The position numbers and the translations under genes were made by a program. A stretch of DNA of 43,765 nucleotides, from the sequence record ON286972.1. One strand, written 5' to 3'. How positions within the stretch are numbered: position 1 is the first letter of the stretch; every line of letters begins with the position of its first letter. The notes beneath the pieces were generated by a model that worked only from the letters and a program-made list of their open reading frames with translations, had not been told where the DNA came from and did not search any database. Of this stretch, positions 35,567-43,765 are shown piece by piece.

Positions 35567-36742
35567 TCAAAATGTAGGAAGTTTGAATTCTCTCATAACA
35601 GATGAACTGCTTGCAGATACATTATCTGGTGATTTCCCTGCGTAGTATAATTTATTATCAATGAACATATACAATGTTGCATCATTTCCTGCTACAAGTG
35701 ATTCACTTTTCTTAAATTTAACACCACTAGGTAAAATTGCTTCAACAAATGAACCTGATTCTCTTGTAGTATTATTTGCCAATTGACCATTGTTATTATA
35801 ACCAGTACTATAAATTTTACCTGAACTATAATATACGAGTCCACGAGTACTAGTGTTTTCTATTCGAATGAATTCACTATCATCTGGGACTGTAGTTGAT
35901 AGAACTGGGTTTAACTTATAAGCAGATGATACATTATTATTACCCAATTGACCATAACCTTGAAAGCCTAGTGTATACATAGGACATGATTCTGGTGTGC
36001 CTTTTGTTATAATACCAATATAATTCACACTACAAAAAATGTCTATTGCTTCTGTAATAGGTGTACCCTTATATTGAACCCAAGGGAATACATACGATTG
36101 TTGCTTACCATTTCCCAAAGTACCGGAAGTTGTTGTCCCAGTACGCCACATTGTATCATCAAGTTTAATAATCCAGTTAGCTGTCGTTATCGATGAACAG
36201 AATTTTTTAACATTATCCACTAAAAATGTAAATTGATTATAATATGATGCAGTGTTTATACCAAACTTAGCACCAGTATTATCACCTAACAAATATAAAC
36301 TATTATCTGTACCTAAAATCAAAGCATAATCATAACCCACGTATATATCTTTAATTCTTGAAATTCCAAATTGTGTAAAATAGCTTGTACATTCTGTGAA
36401 TGTTGTTATATTATTGGTTGTATTATTACCTAGCCATTTATCTAAACCACTATAAAAGAATCTATCATCATTTGTGCGTATTAGACAAAAAGCGTTCATT
36501 GTACTGCACCAAAAATCTTTAACATTGCTATATATTTTTGTCCATTCAGTTACTGCATTAGTATGACCTAAACCAAAAATTCCACCATTCTGAAGACCAA
36601 TAGCCCATATTGAACCATTTTTATCAAGCATCATTGTACATGTATGTGAATAACCACCCGATGGTGTAACTAATTTAACAAAATTGGGAATATATGGTAA
36701 AACTTTATTTCCATAATCCAACATTCTAACAAAAGGTAACAT
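35567..36742 (-). CDS. MLPFVRM-leader RCC1-like beta-propeller protein (391 aa)
   Basis: IWAIGLQNGGIFGLG, YTLGFQGYGQLGN, YSTGYNNNGQLAN. Confidence 0.9.
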   Translation of the reverse strand: MLPFVRMLDYGNKVLPYIPNFVKLVTPSGGYSHTCTMMLDKNGSIWAIGLQNGGIFGLGHTNAVTEWTKIYSNVKDFWCSTMNAFCLIRTNDDRFFYSGLDKWLGNNTTNNITTFTECTSYFTQFGISRIKDIYVGYDYALILGTDNSLYLLGDNTGAKFGINTASYYNQFTFLVDNVKKFCSSITTANWIIKLDDTMWRTGTTTSGTLGNGKQQSYVFPWVQYKGTPITEAIDIFCSVNYIGIITKGTPESCPMYTLGFQGYGQLGNNNVSSAYKLNPVLSTTVPDDSEFIRIENTSTRGLVYYSSGKIYSTGYNNNGQLANNTTRESGSFVEAILPSGVKFKKSESLVAGNDATLYMFIDNKLYYAGKSPDNVSASSSSVMREFKLPTF

Positions 36743-36809
36743 AATTCCTCCTTTATTCATTATACTATATTTAATCAAAAAAGAAATGCCAGCATCAAGT
36801 ACTGGCATT
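36710..36809 (-). repeat. array junction repeat 2
   Basis: same unit, hairpin with one mismatch. Confidence 0.95.
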
Positions 36810-36813
36810 ATTG

Positions 36814-38004
36814 TTATAGTTGTCTTGGTGTATCAAGTACATATCTATTTGTACTAGGACCACCATCATCATACGTTCCGGTTGAATATATATTTTTCAT
36901 ATCAGCAGTTAGAAAAGTACGATACGAACCGCGATATATTTTTATTTTATCATACATAGAATATGATATTTCTGCTGGCATTGGACATATAGTAAATCTA
37001 CCAATAGTAACATTAGAACCAACACCCAACGAACCAGCATAACTACTCGCATTTAAACCAGTTGCATATACACCAGTACTCGTAACTAGTATACTAGATT
37101 GTGTTGGGTATCCTGTATGAATTGAATACAAAGTTCCAGTTGGTAATGTCGTACTATTGCTCCCTAATACAGCAAGTGCCGAACTGGTTGTGGTATTGTT
37201 ACCCCATGCACCATTACTCGCTAAACCACCAACTAGAAACTGACGTGCACCAGTACTTGGATTCTCAACCAAAGCACTGACTGCACCACTTGAGCATCCA
37301 GTGTATTGTAACGTTTTTGTGTATGTTGTACTTGGTTTATATAAAGTATATTCATTAAATGGTGTCCATGTGGTACTGGTACTTATACCTGACGTACCAC
37401 CACCAATATATAAATTATTTTGTGTATCAAAAAACATTACACAGTTATTTGTTGACTGTATTTGTGCAATATCAACATTAGGCGTGACAGCTTTTACAAA
37501 TGATCCATCTGTTATTTGTTGAGTACTACCAGTACCATCAGCGAATTGTCTAGCCCCACTCCAACCAGTACTCCATATTGTATTATTATCCATTAATACC
37601 GTAAACCACGTAGTACCTCCATACATCTGTTTAATTGAAGTACTTGAACTTTGCGTGTACAAATTTTCAATATATTGGTTATAACTTAAAAACGTAGTAG
37701 TACTAGTTGGTAAACCAATATGATCACCATATCCACAATAAAAATAATTTGAGTCATTATCTTGTACTAACAAAGTTCCTTGTGACACCCAGAAATCTTT
37801 AACATTTTCTCTAATTAAGGTCCATGACTTTACTGCATTACTATTTCCTATACCAAACTTCCCAAAACTATTATTTCCACGTGCGTATAGTTGACCATCC
37901 GTATAAAGAACGACAACATCTAAATCAGTTGGTGTTATTTTCTTAATTTGAATAGGGACTGGTGTTATATTCCCATAATCAAACATTCTAACAAAAGGTA
38001 ACAT
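36814..38004 (-). CDS. MLPFVRM-leader RCC1-like beta-propeller protein (396 aa)
   Basis: LYARGNNSFGKFGIG, VYATGLN..GSLGVG. Confidence 0.9.
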   Translation of the reverse strand: MLPFVRMFDYGNITPVPIQIKKITPTDLDVVVLYTDGQLYARGNNSFGKFGIGNSNAVKSWTLIRENVKDFWVSQGTLLVQDNDSNYFYCGYGDHIGLPTSTTTFLSYNQYIENLYTQSSSTSIKQMYGGTTWFTVLMDNNTIWSTGWSGARQFADGTGSTQQITDGSFVKAVTPNVDIAQIQSTNNCVMFFDTQNNLYIGGGTSGISTSTTWTPFNEYTLYKPSTTYTKTLQYTGCSSGAVSALVENPSTGARQFLVGGLASNGAWGNNTTTSSALAVLGSNSTTLPTGTLYSIHTGYPTQSSILVTSTGVYATGLNASSYAGSLGVGSNVTIGRFTICPMPAEISYSMYDKIKIYRGSYRTFLTADMKNIYSTGTYDDGGPSTNRYVLDTPRQL

Positions 38005-38069
38005 ATTTCCCTCCTTTATTCATTATACTATATTTAATCAAAAAAGAAAAGCCAGTATCAAGTACTGGC
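37972..38069 (-). repeat. array junction repeat 3
   Basis: same unit; hairpin 38051-38069. Confidence 0.95.
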
Positions 38070-38075
38070 CTATAT

Positions 38076-39245
38076 TTAAACTGGTGAATCTAATACAAAT
38101 TCTAAACTACTAATGCCACCATATGTGACATTTGTCCCTGTGCTATATACAAAATTACCATCAGTTATATAAGTTCGGTTATACCCACCTGCCATCTGCG
38201 ACTTACTATAATCAAACCCATCAGGAACGATTGCTTTGGTATATACTAATGCATTATTAGATGTACCAATACCTAACATACCAGCTCCTGAAGATTTATT
38301 GTAGCCGCAACAATATATACCATCTGTTGTAGCAATAACTTGGTTATAATATGAAGTAATGTTAGCAATGCTTACTACATCACCGGGTGGCATTAGTGAA
38401 GCAGTTTGAACCTCAAATGCTCTATAATCACTGAGAGAACCATTTATCCCATCTGCTTGTGCACCAAATATTCTCGAACCGCCATTTGCGATGATGGTTT
38501 TACCAGTGGGATCAGTACCAATTGCCATTGCCATTGAAGTACTATTCTCCATATAGTACTTGATATTAATTGTATTTCTTAAGCTGGTAGGAGCACCATA
38601 ATATATAGTATATAACTTACCTCCTGAACTTGTAACTGCATTTACTCTTCCTGTATAAAATAGCCATCCTTGGTTTGTAACATAACCGTGCATTAAATTA
38701 CTTGCAAACAATTTAACAGGTAATTGATCTGCTGCGGTCGGAACAGTACTTTTGACGAATTTTCTAGCAACATTGTTAGTTGTTGTCCCATCACCCAACT
38801 GACCATCACCCCCTGCTCCAGTACTCCATATTGTTTGGTCTGTTAGTAATACACTTGTAGTCTGATAACTAACTGCTATATCTAATATTGGTAATGTTAA
38901 CGTATCGAATGTTGGCATAGCAGAAGTCCATATTGATACTGCTGCCCCTGGCATACCAACAGTTGTTGAACTTCCACTGTACCATATTTCATCATTGCTT
39001 TTCTTAATAACTATCGACGTGGCTCCCATCCAAAAATCTTGAACATCAGAAGTGCTAAAAGTCCATGTAGTAACAATATTTTTGTGACCTAAACCCAAAA
39101 GACCATTTGTATTCTCACCACGCACATATAAATCACCACTGTTTGTTAAAACAGCAACATTATAGTTGTTAGCTAGTATTTTTTTAATATTTGGTTTAGC
39201 AGGTGCAATATTCCCATACTCTAACATTCTTACAAAAGGTAACAT
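38076..39245 (-). CDS. MLPFVRM-leader RCC1-like beta-propeller protein (389 aa)
   Basis: LYVRGENTNGLLGLG, IWSTGAGGDGQLGDG. Confidence 0.9.
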   Translation of the reverse strand: MLPFVRMLEYGNIAPAKPNIKKILANNYNVAVLTNSGDLYVRGENTNGLLGLGHKNIVTTWTFSTSDVQDFWMGATSIVIKKSNDEIWYSGSSTTVGMPGAAVSIWTSAMPTFDTLTLPILDIAVSYQTTSVLLTDQTIWSTGAGGDGQLGDGTTTNNVARKFVKSTVPTAADQLPVKLFASNLMHGYVTNQGWLFYTGRVNAVTSSGGKLYTIYYGAPTSLRNTINIKYYMENSTSMAMAIGTDPTGKTIIANGGSRIFGAQADGINGSLSDYRAFEVQTASLMPPGDVVSIANITSYYNQVIATTDGIYCCGYNKSSGAGMLGIGTSNNALVYTKAIVPDGFDYSKSQMAGGYNRTYITDGNFVYSTGTNVTYGGISSLEFVLDSPV

Positions 39246-39309
39246 AATTCCTCCTTTATTCATTATATTATATTTAATCCAAATAAGAAAGCCAGTATCA
39301 AGTACTGGC
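39210..39309 (-). repeat. array junction repeat 4
   Basis: same unit; hairpin 39291-39309. Confidence 0.95.
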
Positions 39310-39315
39310 ATTGTG

Positions 39316-40425
39316 TTATTTCGGTAAATCAATTTTAGTAAAGACTGCAACATCCTCGCTTGCACCGGGAATGGCGTAATACGTTCCAGTACTATATACA
39401 TCTCCATTTTTGGTTAATATTGAAGTCAAACCATCACTAAAAAGAACATCCCTAATCTCACTAACTTCAACGGGTAATTGTAAATTTGTAGCACTATATA
39501 TAGCACCAGTTTGAGAATTGTTTAATCCCAAACCACGGTTCGCCCCAACACCCTTCTGATATGTACTGGTAATTACCATTTGTGTAGCAGTATTTAATGC
39601 AGGTGAATTCGTCATAAACAACGGAGAACTATTAGGCAAAGTACTTACAGGAACTGCACGGAATGTAGTCGTACCTGAACTAAGAAAGTTTGGAGTTTGA
39701 CCACATACGAAATATGATGTACCATTATAGTAATTAAATGCATTACCACCAATCGCTGCATCGATTACACCAGAACTACGTAATCCCCAAGTGTTAATTT
39801 GTGTTTGGTCCCCTGTACCATGCTGCCCACTGCTATTCCATCCAGAACTATATAGCTTATTATCTAATGTAATATACATACTATCATTTGCATTAGTCAT
39901 TACTTTACGCACGTTAGTAGCACATTGAGTTAATGTGTAAATCGATGATGAGCCAATACCTAAAGAACCACGATATCCATTATCTCCTGCACCATAGAGT
40001 ACTGAACTAGTGCTAAGTACAAATATTAAACCATTTGTACATACAATATTAGCAATTTCACTCACTGGTATAGCATTGGTAAACCAATTAGTCCTTTCAA
40101 CTAATATAGTACTGTAAGAAGTAGTTGTAGAAGATGAGAACCAGTACGTTTCACCCGATGTCCATATCGTATTATCATTTTTAATAATAACAAGTGTACG
40201 ACCACCCACGAAAAAATTAGAAACATCTGAACTTACTAATATCCATGAAGATACCGTGTTGTTATTACCATTTCCAGATTCACCACCTTGATTTCTACCT
40301 ATGTAATATAAATCATGTGAATCAGTCAATAAGAATTGACCCTGTGTAGAAGCACCAACTTTAATTATATTTTTAGGACCGGGTACAATATTCCCGTACA
40401 CTAACATTCTTCCAAAAGGTAACAT
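39316..40425 (-). CDS. MLPF-leader RCC1-like beta-propeller protein (369 aa)
   Basis: LYYIGRNQGGESGNG, LYSSGWNSSGQHGTG. Confidence 0.9.
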   Translation of the reverse strand: MLPFGRMLVYGNIVPGPKNIIKVGASTQGQFLLTDSHDLYYIGRNQGGESGNGNNNTVSSWILVSSDVSNFFVGGRTLVIIKNDNTIWTSGETYWFSSSTTTSYSTILVERTNWFTNAIPVSEIANIVCTNGLIFVLSTSSVLYGAGDNGYRGSLGIGSSSIYTLTQCATNVRKVMTNANDSMYITLDNKLYSSGWNSSGQHGTGDQTQINTWGLRSSGVIDAAIGGNAFNYYNGTSYFVCGQTPNFLSSGTTTFRAVPVSTLPNSSPLFMTNSPALNTATQMVITSTYQKGVGANRGLGLNNSQTGAIYSATNLQLPVEVSEIRDVLFSDGLTSILTKNGDVYSTGTYYAIPGASEDVAVFTKIDLPK

Positions 40426-40490
40426 AATTCCTCCTTTATTCATTATACTATATTTAATACAAAAAAGAAAAGCCAGTACTCTGTACTGGC
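40390..40490 (-). repeat. array junction repeat 5
   Basis: same unit; hairpin 40472-40490. Confidence 0.95.
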
Positions 40491-40498
40491 ATATTACA

Positions 40499-41641
40499 TT
40501 ATTTCCACGGTAGAAGTGAATCAGGAACTCTGGTTGGTACTCTAACGGCTGGAACATTTCCAAGTTCAGGTAAACCACTCATATACAAATTGTTATTTTC
40601 ATCAATTATCATTGAATAGAAATTATCAATTACGAAGCCTGAAATTCGTCTTCCTTCTAATGCATCAAGAACCATTTCGGTGAAAGTTAGTATATTTTCG
40701 GATGTTTGATTAACACCACATGCACCATAGGTATTTCGACCACAAGTATATAACTTATTATTATTTTTAACAACACATCCATTCCCTTCGTTGTTGGATA
40801 AACCACCCACCAACTCTATTTCACCTTGGAATGATAAATTGGGAATTAATGTACTCATTGGTACTGCTGATACTGTACCTACACCAGCTTGACCATATGC
40901 ATTTGGTGAAGCAACCTTCACTGAACCATCATTAAGAAATATATATGAAGTACGGTATGTATTTACAGCTTGTATAGCATTGGTGATAGTATTGTCTTTT
41001 GTAAAACTTAATATATTTGATGTTTTTGTACTACCAGGAGCAACAGTATTTCCTGCATACCAATAGGAGCCATCATCAAGTACTAACCCAGTACTGAGCA
41101 AAGAACAGCCATAACTTTTAACATTTTCTATAGTGCTGTATCTGAACGATGTGACATTAGCTGTTGACGCGTTACCAAATACACCACCTTCGCCAGAACC
41201 ACAGTAGAACCATTTTCCATTTTTTAAAAATACACGCAAATTCTGCCCAACAGCAATACCATCAATATCATCAGCACTGACACCAAAATCAGTGAAGTAC
41301 TGGGTTACATCAATCCAAACCCCATTTGTATTTGTTCCGATTTGTGGCATTACTATACTAGCACCTGTGAACCAAATAGTTCCATCATTCTTAATGGCAA
41401 TGGAACCAAGAACACCACCCCAGTAACGTTCAATATTATTATTCACACGGGTCCATACGGTGGATGATTGTAATGAACCATTACCACCTTGTCCAAATGA
41501 AGATGAACCATACCAGTACAAGTCACCATTAACATGCAAATAAAAACGAGTATTATAATTTGCTTGTAATCTATTTTTAAATAGAGGTTTTGGTTCCGGT
41601 GCAATATTCCCGTACTCTAACATTCTAACAAAAGGTAACAT
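40499..41641 (-). CDS. MLPFVRM-leader RCC1-like beta-propeller protein (380 aa)
   Basis: LYWYGSSSFGQGGNG, LYTCGRNTYGACGV. Confidence 0.9.
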   Translation of the reverse strand: MLPFVRMLEYGNIAPEPKPLFKNRLQANYNTRFYLHVNGDLYWYGSSSFGQGGNGSLQSSTVWTRVNNNIERYWGGVLGSIAIKNDGTIWFTGASIVMPQIGTNTNGVWIDVTQYFTDFGVSADDIDGIAVGQNLRVFLKNGKWFYCGSGEGGVFGNASTANVTSFRYSTIENVKSYGCSLLSTGLVLDDGSYWYAGNTVAPGSTKTSNILSFTKDNTITNAIQAVNTYRTSYIFLNDGSVKVASPNAYGQAGVGTVSAVPMSTLIPNLSFQGEIELVGGLSNNEGNGCVVKNNNKLYTCGRNTYGACGVNQTSENILTFTEMVLDALEGRRISGFVIDNFYSMIIDENNNLYMSGLPELGNVPAVRVPTRVPDSLLPWK

Positions 41642-41710
41642 AATTTCCTCCTTTATTCATTATACTATATTTAATACAAATAAGAAATGCCAGTACTCTG
41701 TACTGGCATT
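41600..41710 (-). repeat. array junction repeat 6
   Basis: same unit; 11-bp stem 41686-41710. Confidence 0.95.
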
Positions 41711-41713
41711 ATA

Positions 41714-42856
41714 TTATTTCCACGGTAGAAGTGAATCAGGAACCCTTGTCGGTACATTTGTAGTAGACACCCCATCAAGATTTGGTACACCGCATGTATA
41801 TAAATTATCAGCATCGTCAACTAACATCGTATAGTTATATCCCCTACAAAAACTACTAACATTACGACCTTCTAATGCAGTAAGAATCATTTCAGTGAAT
41901 GTTGTTATATTTGTCGAGGTTGAACCAACACCACATTGTCCATTTGAATTAAGACCACATAAAAATAACTTATTATCATTTTTAATTATACAGGATGGTC
42001 CAGTAAGGTTTGTACCAAGCTCACCCACTAACTCTATTTCACCTTGGAATGCTAAATTTGGAATTAATGTACTCATAGGGGCTGGTGTTGTATTCCCAGT
42101 ACCTGCTTGACCACGTTCGTTGGAAGATGCAACTTTAACTGTTCCATCACTAAGAAATATATAGGAAGTTTCAATTGTATTGACTGCTTTAATTGCAGTG
42201 CTGATAGAAGTTTCTTGTGTAAATCTTAGCACGTTTTGTGCTGACGTTCCCGATATAAACGTATTACCTGCATACCAATATGTACCATCATTGAGTACTA
42301 ATGCAGTACTTCGAATTGCACAACCAGCACTTCGAACATTTTCTATAGTACTGTACGTGAATTGTGAAACGCTTGCCGATGAACCATTTCCGAATACACC
42401 ACCACTCCCAGCACCACAGAAGAACCACTTTCCATTTTTCAAAAATACACGCATACACGCAGATATAACAATACTATCAATATCATCAGCACTGACACCG
42501 AAATCAGCAAAGTGCGATGTCACATCAACCCAAACACCGTTAGTGTTTGATGCAATTACTGGAATAACAGAACTTGTACCAGTGTACCAAATAGTACCAT
42601 CTTTCTTTATCGCTATTGTTCCTTGAACACCACCCCAATATCGTACAACATTTGTATTGACGAGAGTCCATGCGGTTGAAGAGTTCAATGAACCATTACC
42701 ACCTTGACCATATGATGAAGAACCAAACCAATATAGATTACCATTGGTGTGTAAATAAAATTTGGCATCTGCCGAGCATTGTAACCTATTTTTTAATCGT
42801 GGTGCGGGTTCCGGTGCAATATTCCCGTACTCTAACATTCTAACAAAAGGTAACAT
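41714..42856 (-). CDS. MLPFVRM-leader RCC1-like beta-propeller protein (380 aa), close paralog of 40499 gene
   Basis: same length, identical first 17 and last 12 residues. Confidence 0.9.
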   Translation of the reverse strand: MLPFVRMLEYGNIAPEPAPRLKNRLQCSADAKFYLHTNGNLYWFGSSSYGQGGNGSLNSSTAWTLVNTNVVRYWGGVQGTIAIKKDGTIWYTGTSSVIPVIASNTNGVWVDVTSHFADFGVSADDIDSIVISACMRVFLKNGKWFFCGAGSGGVFGNGSSASVSQFTYSTIENVRSAGCAIRSTALVLNDGTYWYAGNTFISGTSAQNVLRFTQETSISTAIKAVNTIETSYIFLSDGTVKVASSNERGQAGTGNTTPAPMSTLIPNLAFQGEIELVGELGTNLTGPSCIIKNDNKLFLCGLNSNGQCGVGSTSTNITTFTEMILTALEGRNVSSFCRGYNYTMLVDDADNLYTCGVPNLDGVSTTNVPTRVPDSLLPWK

Positions 42857-42868
42857 AATTCCTCCATA

Positions 42869-43765
42869 TTATTTAAAAACATACTGCGTATTAACACGAG
42901 TGCCATTGTCAAAACCAAGTACATAAAATATCTCAGCACTATTCTTAGAACCAAATAACGCACCAGTACTACTACTCAAAGTAGTATTAACCGCTAAGGG
43001 AATCCATATGTCTTCTTCTGCATCGTATCTCAATAAATTTAATGCACCATACGACACTGCATATATATTTTTATCATATGTACTGTAACATATTTTACTA
43101 GGGTTATTACCACCAACTGGTGCTATGTTAGACCACACCGCACTTTGTATATGATATTTTTGTGCAGTACTAGTACCTTGACCAGTAATATATATGTAAG
43201 TACCATCCGTACACATATCACCACCTCCATTGTTATTTGTTCCATCACTTGTACCTAATGATGACCATGTATTAGTACTTGGAGTATAACTGTATAACGA
43301 ATTATTAGTAGGCGAACCCCACAAATATATCTTATCCCCAGCAGTAATCATCTTACTATACGCCAGTTGACTAGGCTTCCCAATACTGTTAGTGTTCAGA
43401 ATCCATGTATTTGTACTTATATTATATACATAAAAATTATTACTACTATTACCTGAACCACCAAACAAATATATTTTTCCCTGATAAGCACATAACGCAC
43501 TACCAAATGTAGATACAGGTGCATTGGCTAATTGTGACCACGTTCTTGTAGTTAAATTAAAACTCCATAACTGATTATCCGTCTGCACCGCATTCTGTAT
43601 ACCACCAAATATATAAGCAATATTACTTTCCGCATCATACGTATAACCAAAGTTATTTCGTGCTGAAGGTACTGGTGATGTAGTAAATTGTGTTCGTACT
43701 CCACCATTTGGGCCAGGTAATGGACCTACATTCCCGAACTCAAACATTCTTACAAAAGGTAACAT
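42869..43765 (-). CDS. MLPFVRM-leader Kelch-repeat beta-propeller protein (298 aa)
   Basis: YIFGG, IYLFGG, LWSFNLTTRTWSQL, YVYNISTNTW Kelch motifs; ATG is the last codon of the window. Confidence 0.9.
   Translation of the reverse strand: MLPFVRMFEFGNVGPLPGPNGGVRTQFTTSPVPSARNNFGYTYDAESNIAYIFGGIQNAVQTDNQLWSFNLTTRTWSQLANAPVSTFGSALCAYQGKIYLFGGSGNSSNNFYVYNISTNTWILNTNSIGKPSQLAYSKMITAGDKIYLWGSPTNNSLYSYTPSTNTWSSLGTSDGTNNNGGGDMCTDGTYIYITGQGTSTAQKYHIQSAVWSNIAPVGGNNPSKICYSTYDKNIYAVSYGALNLLRYDAEEDIWIPLAVNTTLSSSTGALFGSKNSAEIFYVLGFDNGTRVNTQYVFK

Noticed and set aside
35491-40578. Upstream extensions of array ORFs in the track (MPVLCTG.., MPVLDAG.., MEMYIV.., MVYLNL..)
   Set aside because: They translate the terminator/promoter junction; the AAGGAGG RBS sits just before MLPF in every case.
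35460-41710. CRISPR array or classical integron attC sites
   Set aside because: Spacing is over 1 kb with full genes between repeats; no cas gene or integrase in the window, and I could not see attC RYYYAAC/GTTRRRY boxes.
30982-43765. Diversity-generating retroelement acting on the propeller genes
   Set aside because: No reverse transcriptase and no TR/VR pair differing only at adenines; paralog differences involve all bases.

Overview
AT-rich, densely packed window of a large lytic Enterobacterales jumbo myophage. This is inferred from T4-type denV, the TATAAATA late-promoter motif, many TTGACA-N16/18-TATAAT promoters and host-derived ybiI/ygiB-like genes; GAP32/RaK2/121Q-like is my best guess. 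From 1 to 30951 there are mostly small + strand accessory genes. Recognisable ones: a divergent sigma70-family factor, a DksA/TraR (YbiI) zinc finger, an Ntn/HslV-like hydrolase, a minimal kinase-like protein, DenV, a GIY-YIG/DUF723 homing endonuclease, a P-loop ATPase, a YgiB lipoprotein and a tandem array of small membrane paralogs. Nine copies of a fused terminator/promoter hairpin punctuate this part. From 30982 to 43765 is a - strand array of beta-propeller genes. Eight share a portable N-terminal peptide (MLPFVRMLEYGN), and six of the seven junctions carry a repeated ~105-bp DNA unit. The array also holds a decayed relic and a gene split by a 4-nt duplication. The palindrome AGTACT is strongly over-represented across the window (about 120 by eye vs about 15 expected). 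A hairpin-dense ~500-bp noncoding stretch follows the sigma gene. No tRNA, CRISPR, integrase or reverse transcriptase was seen. All family calls are by motif recognition, not database search.
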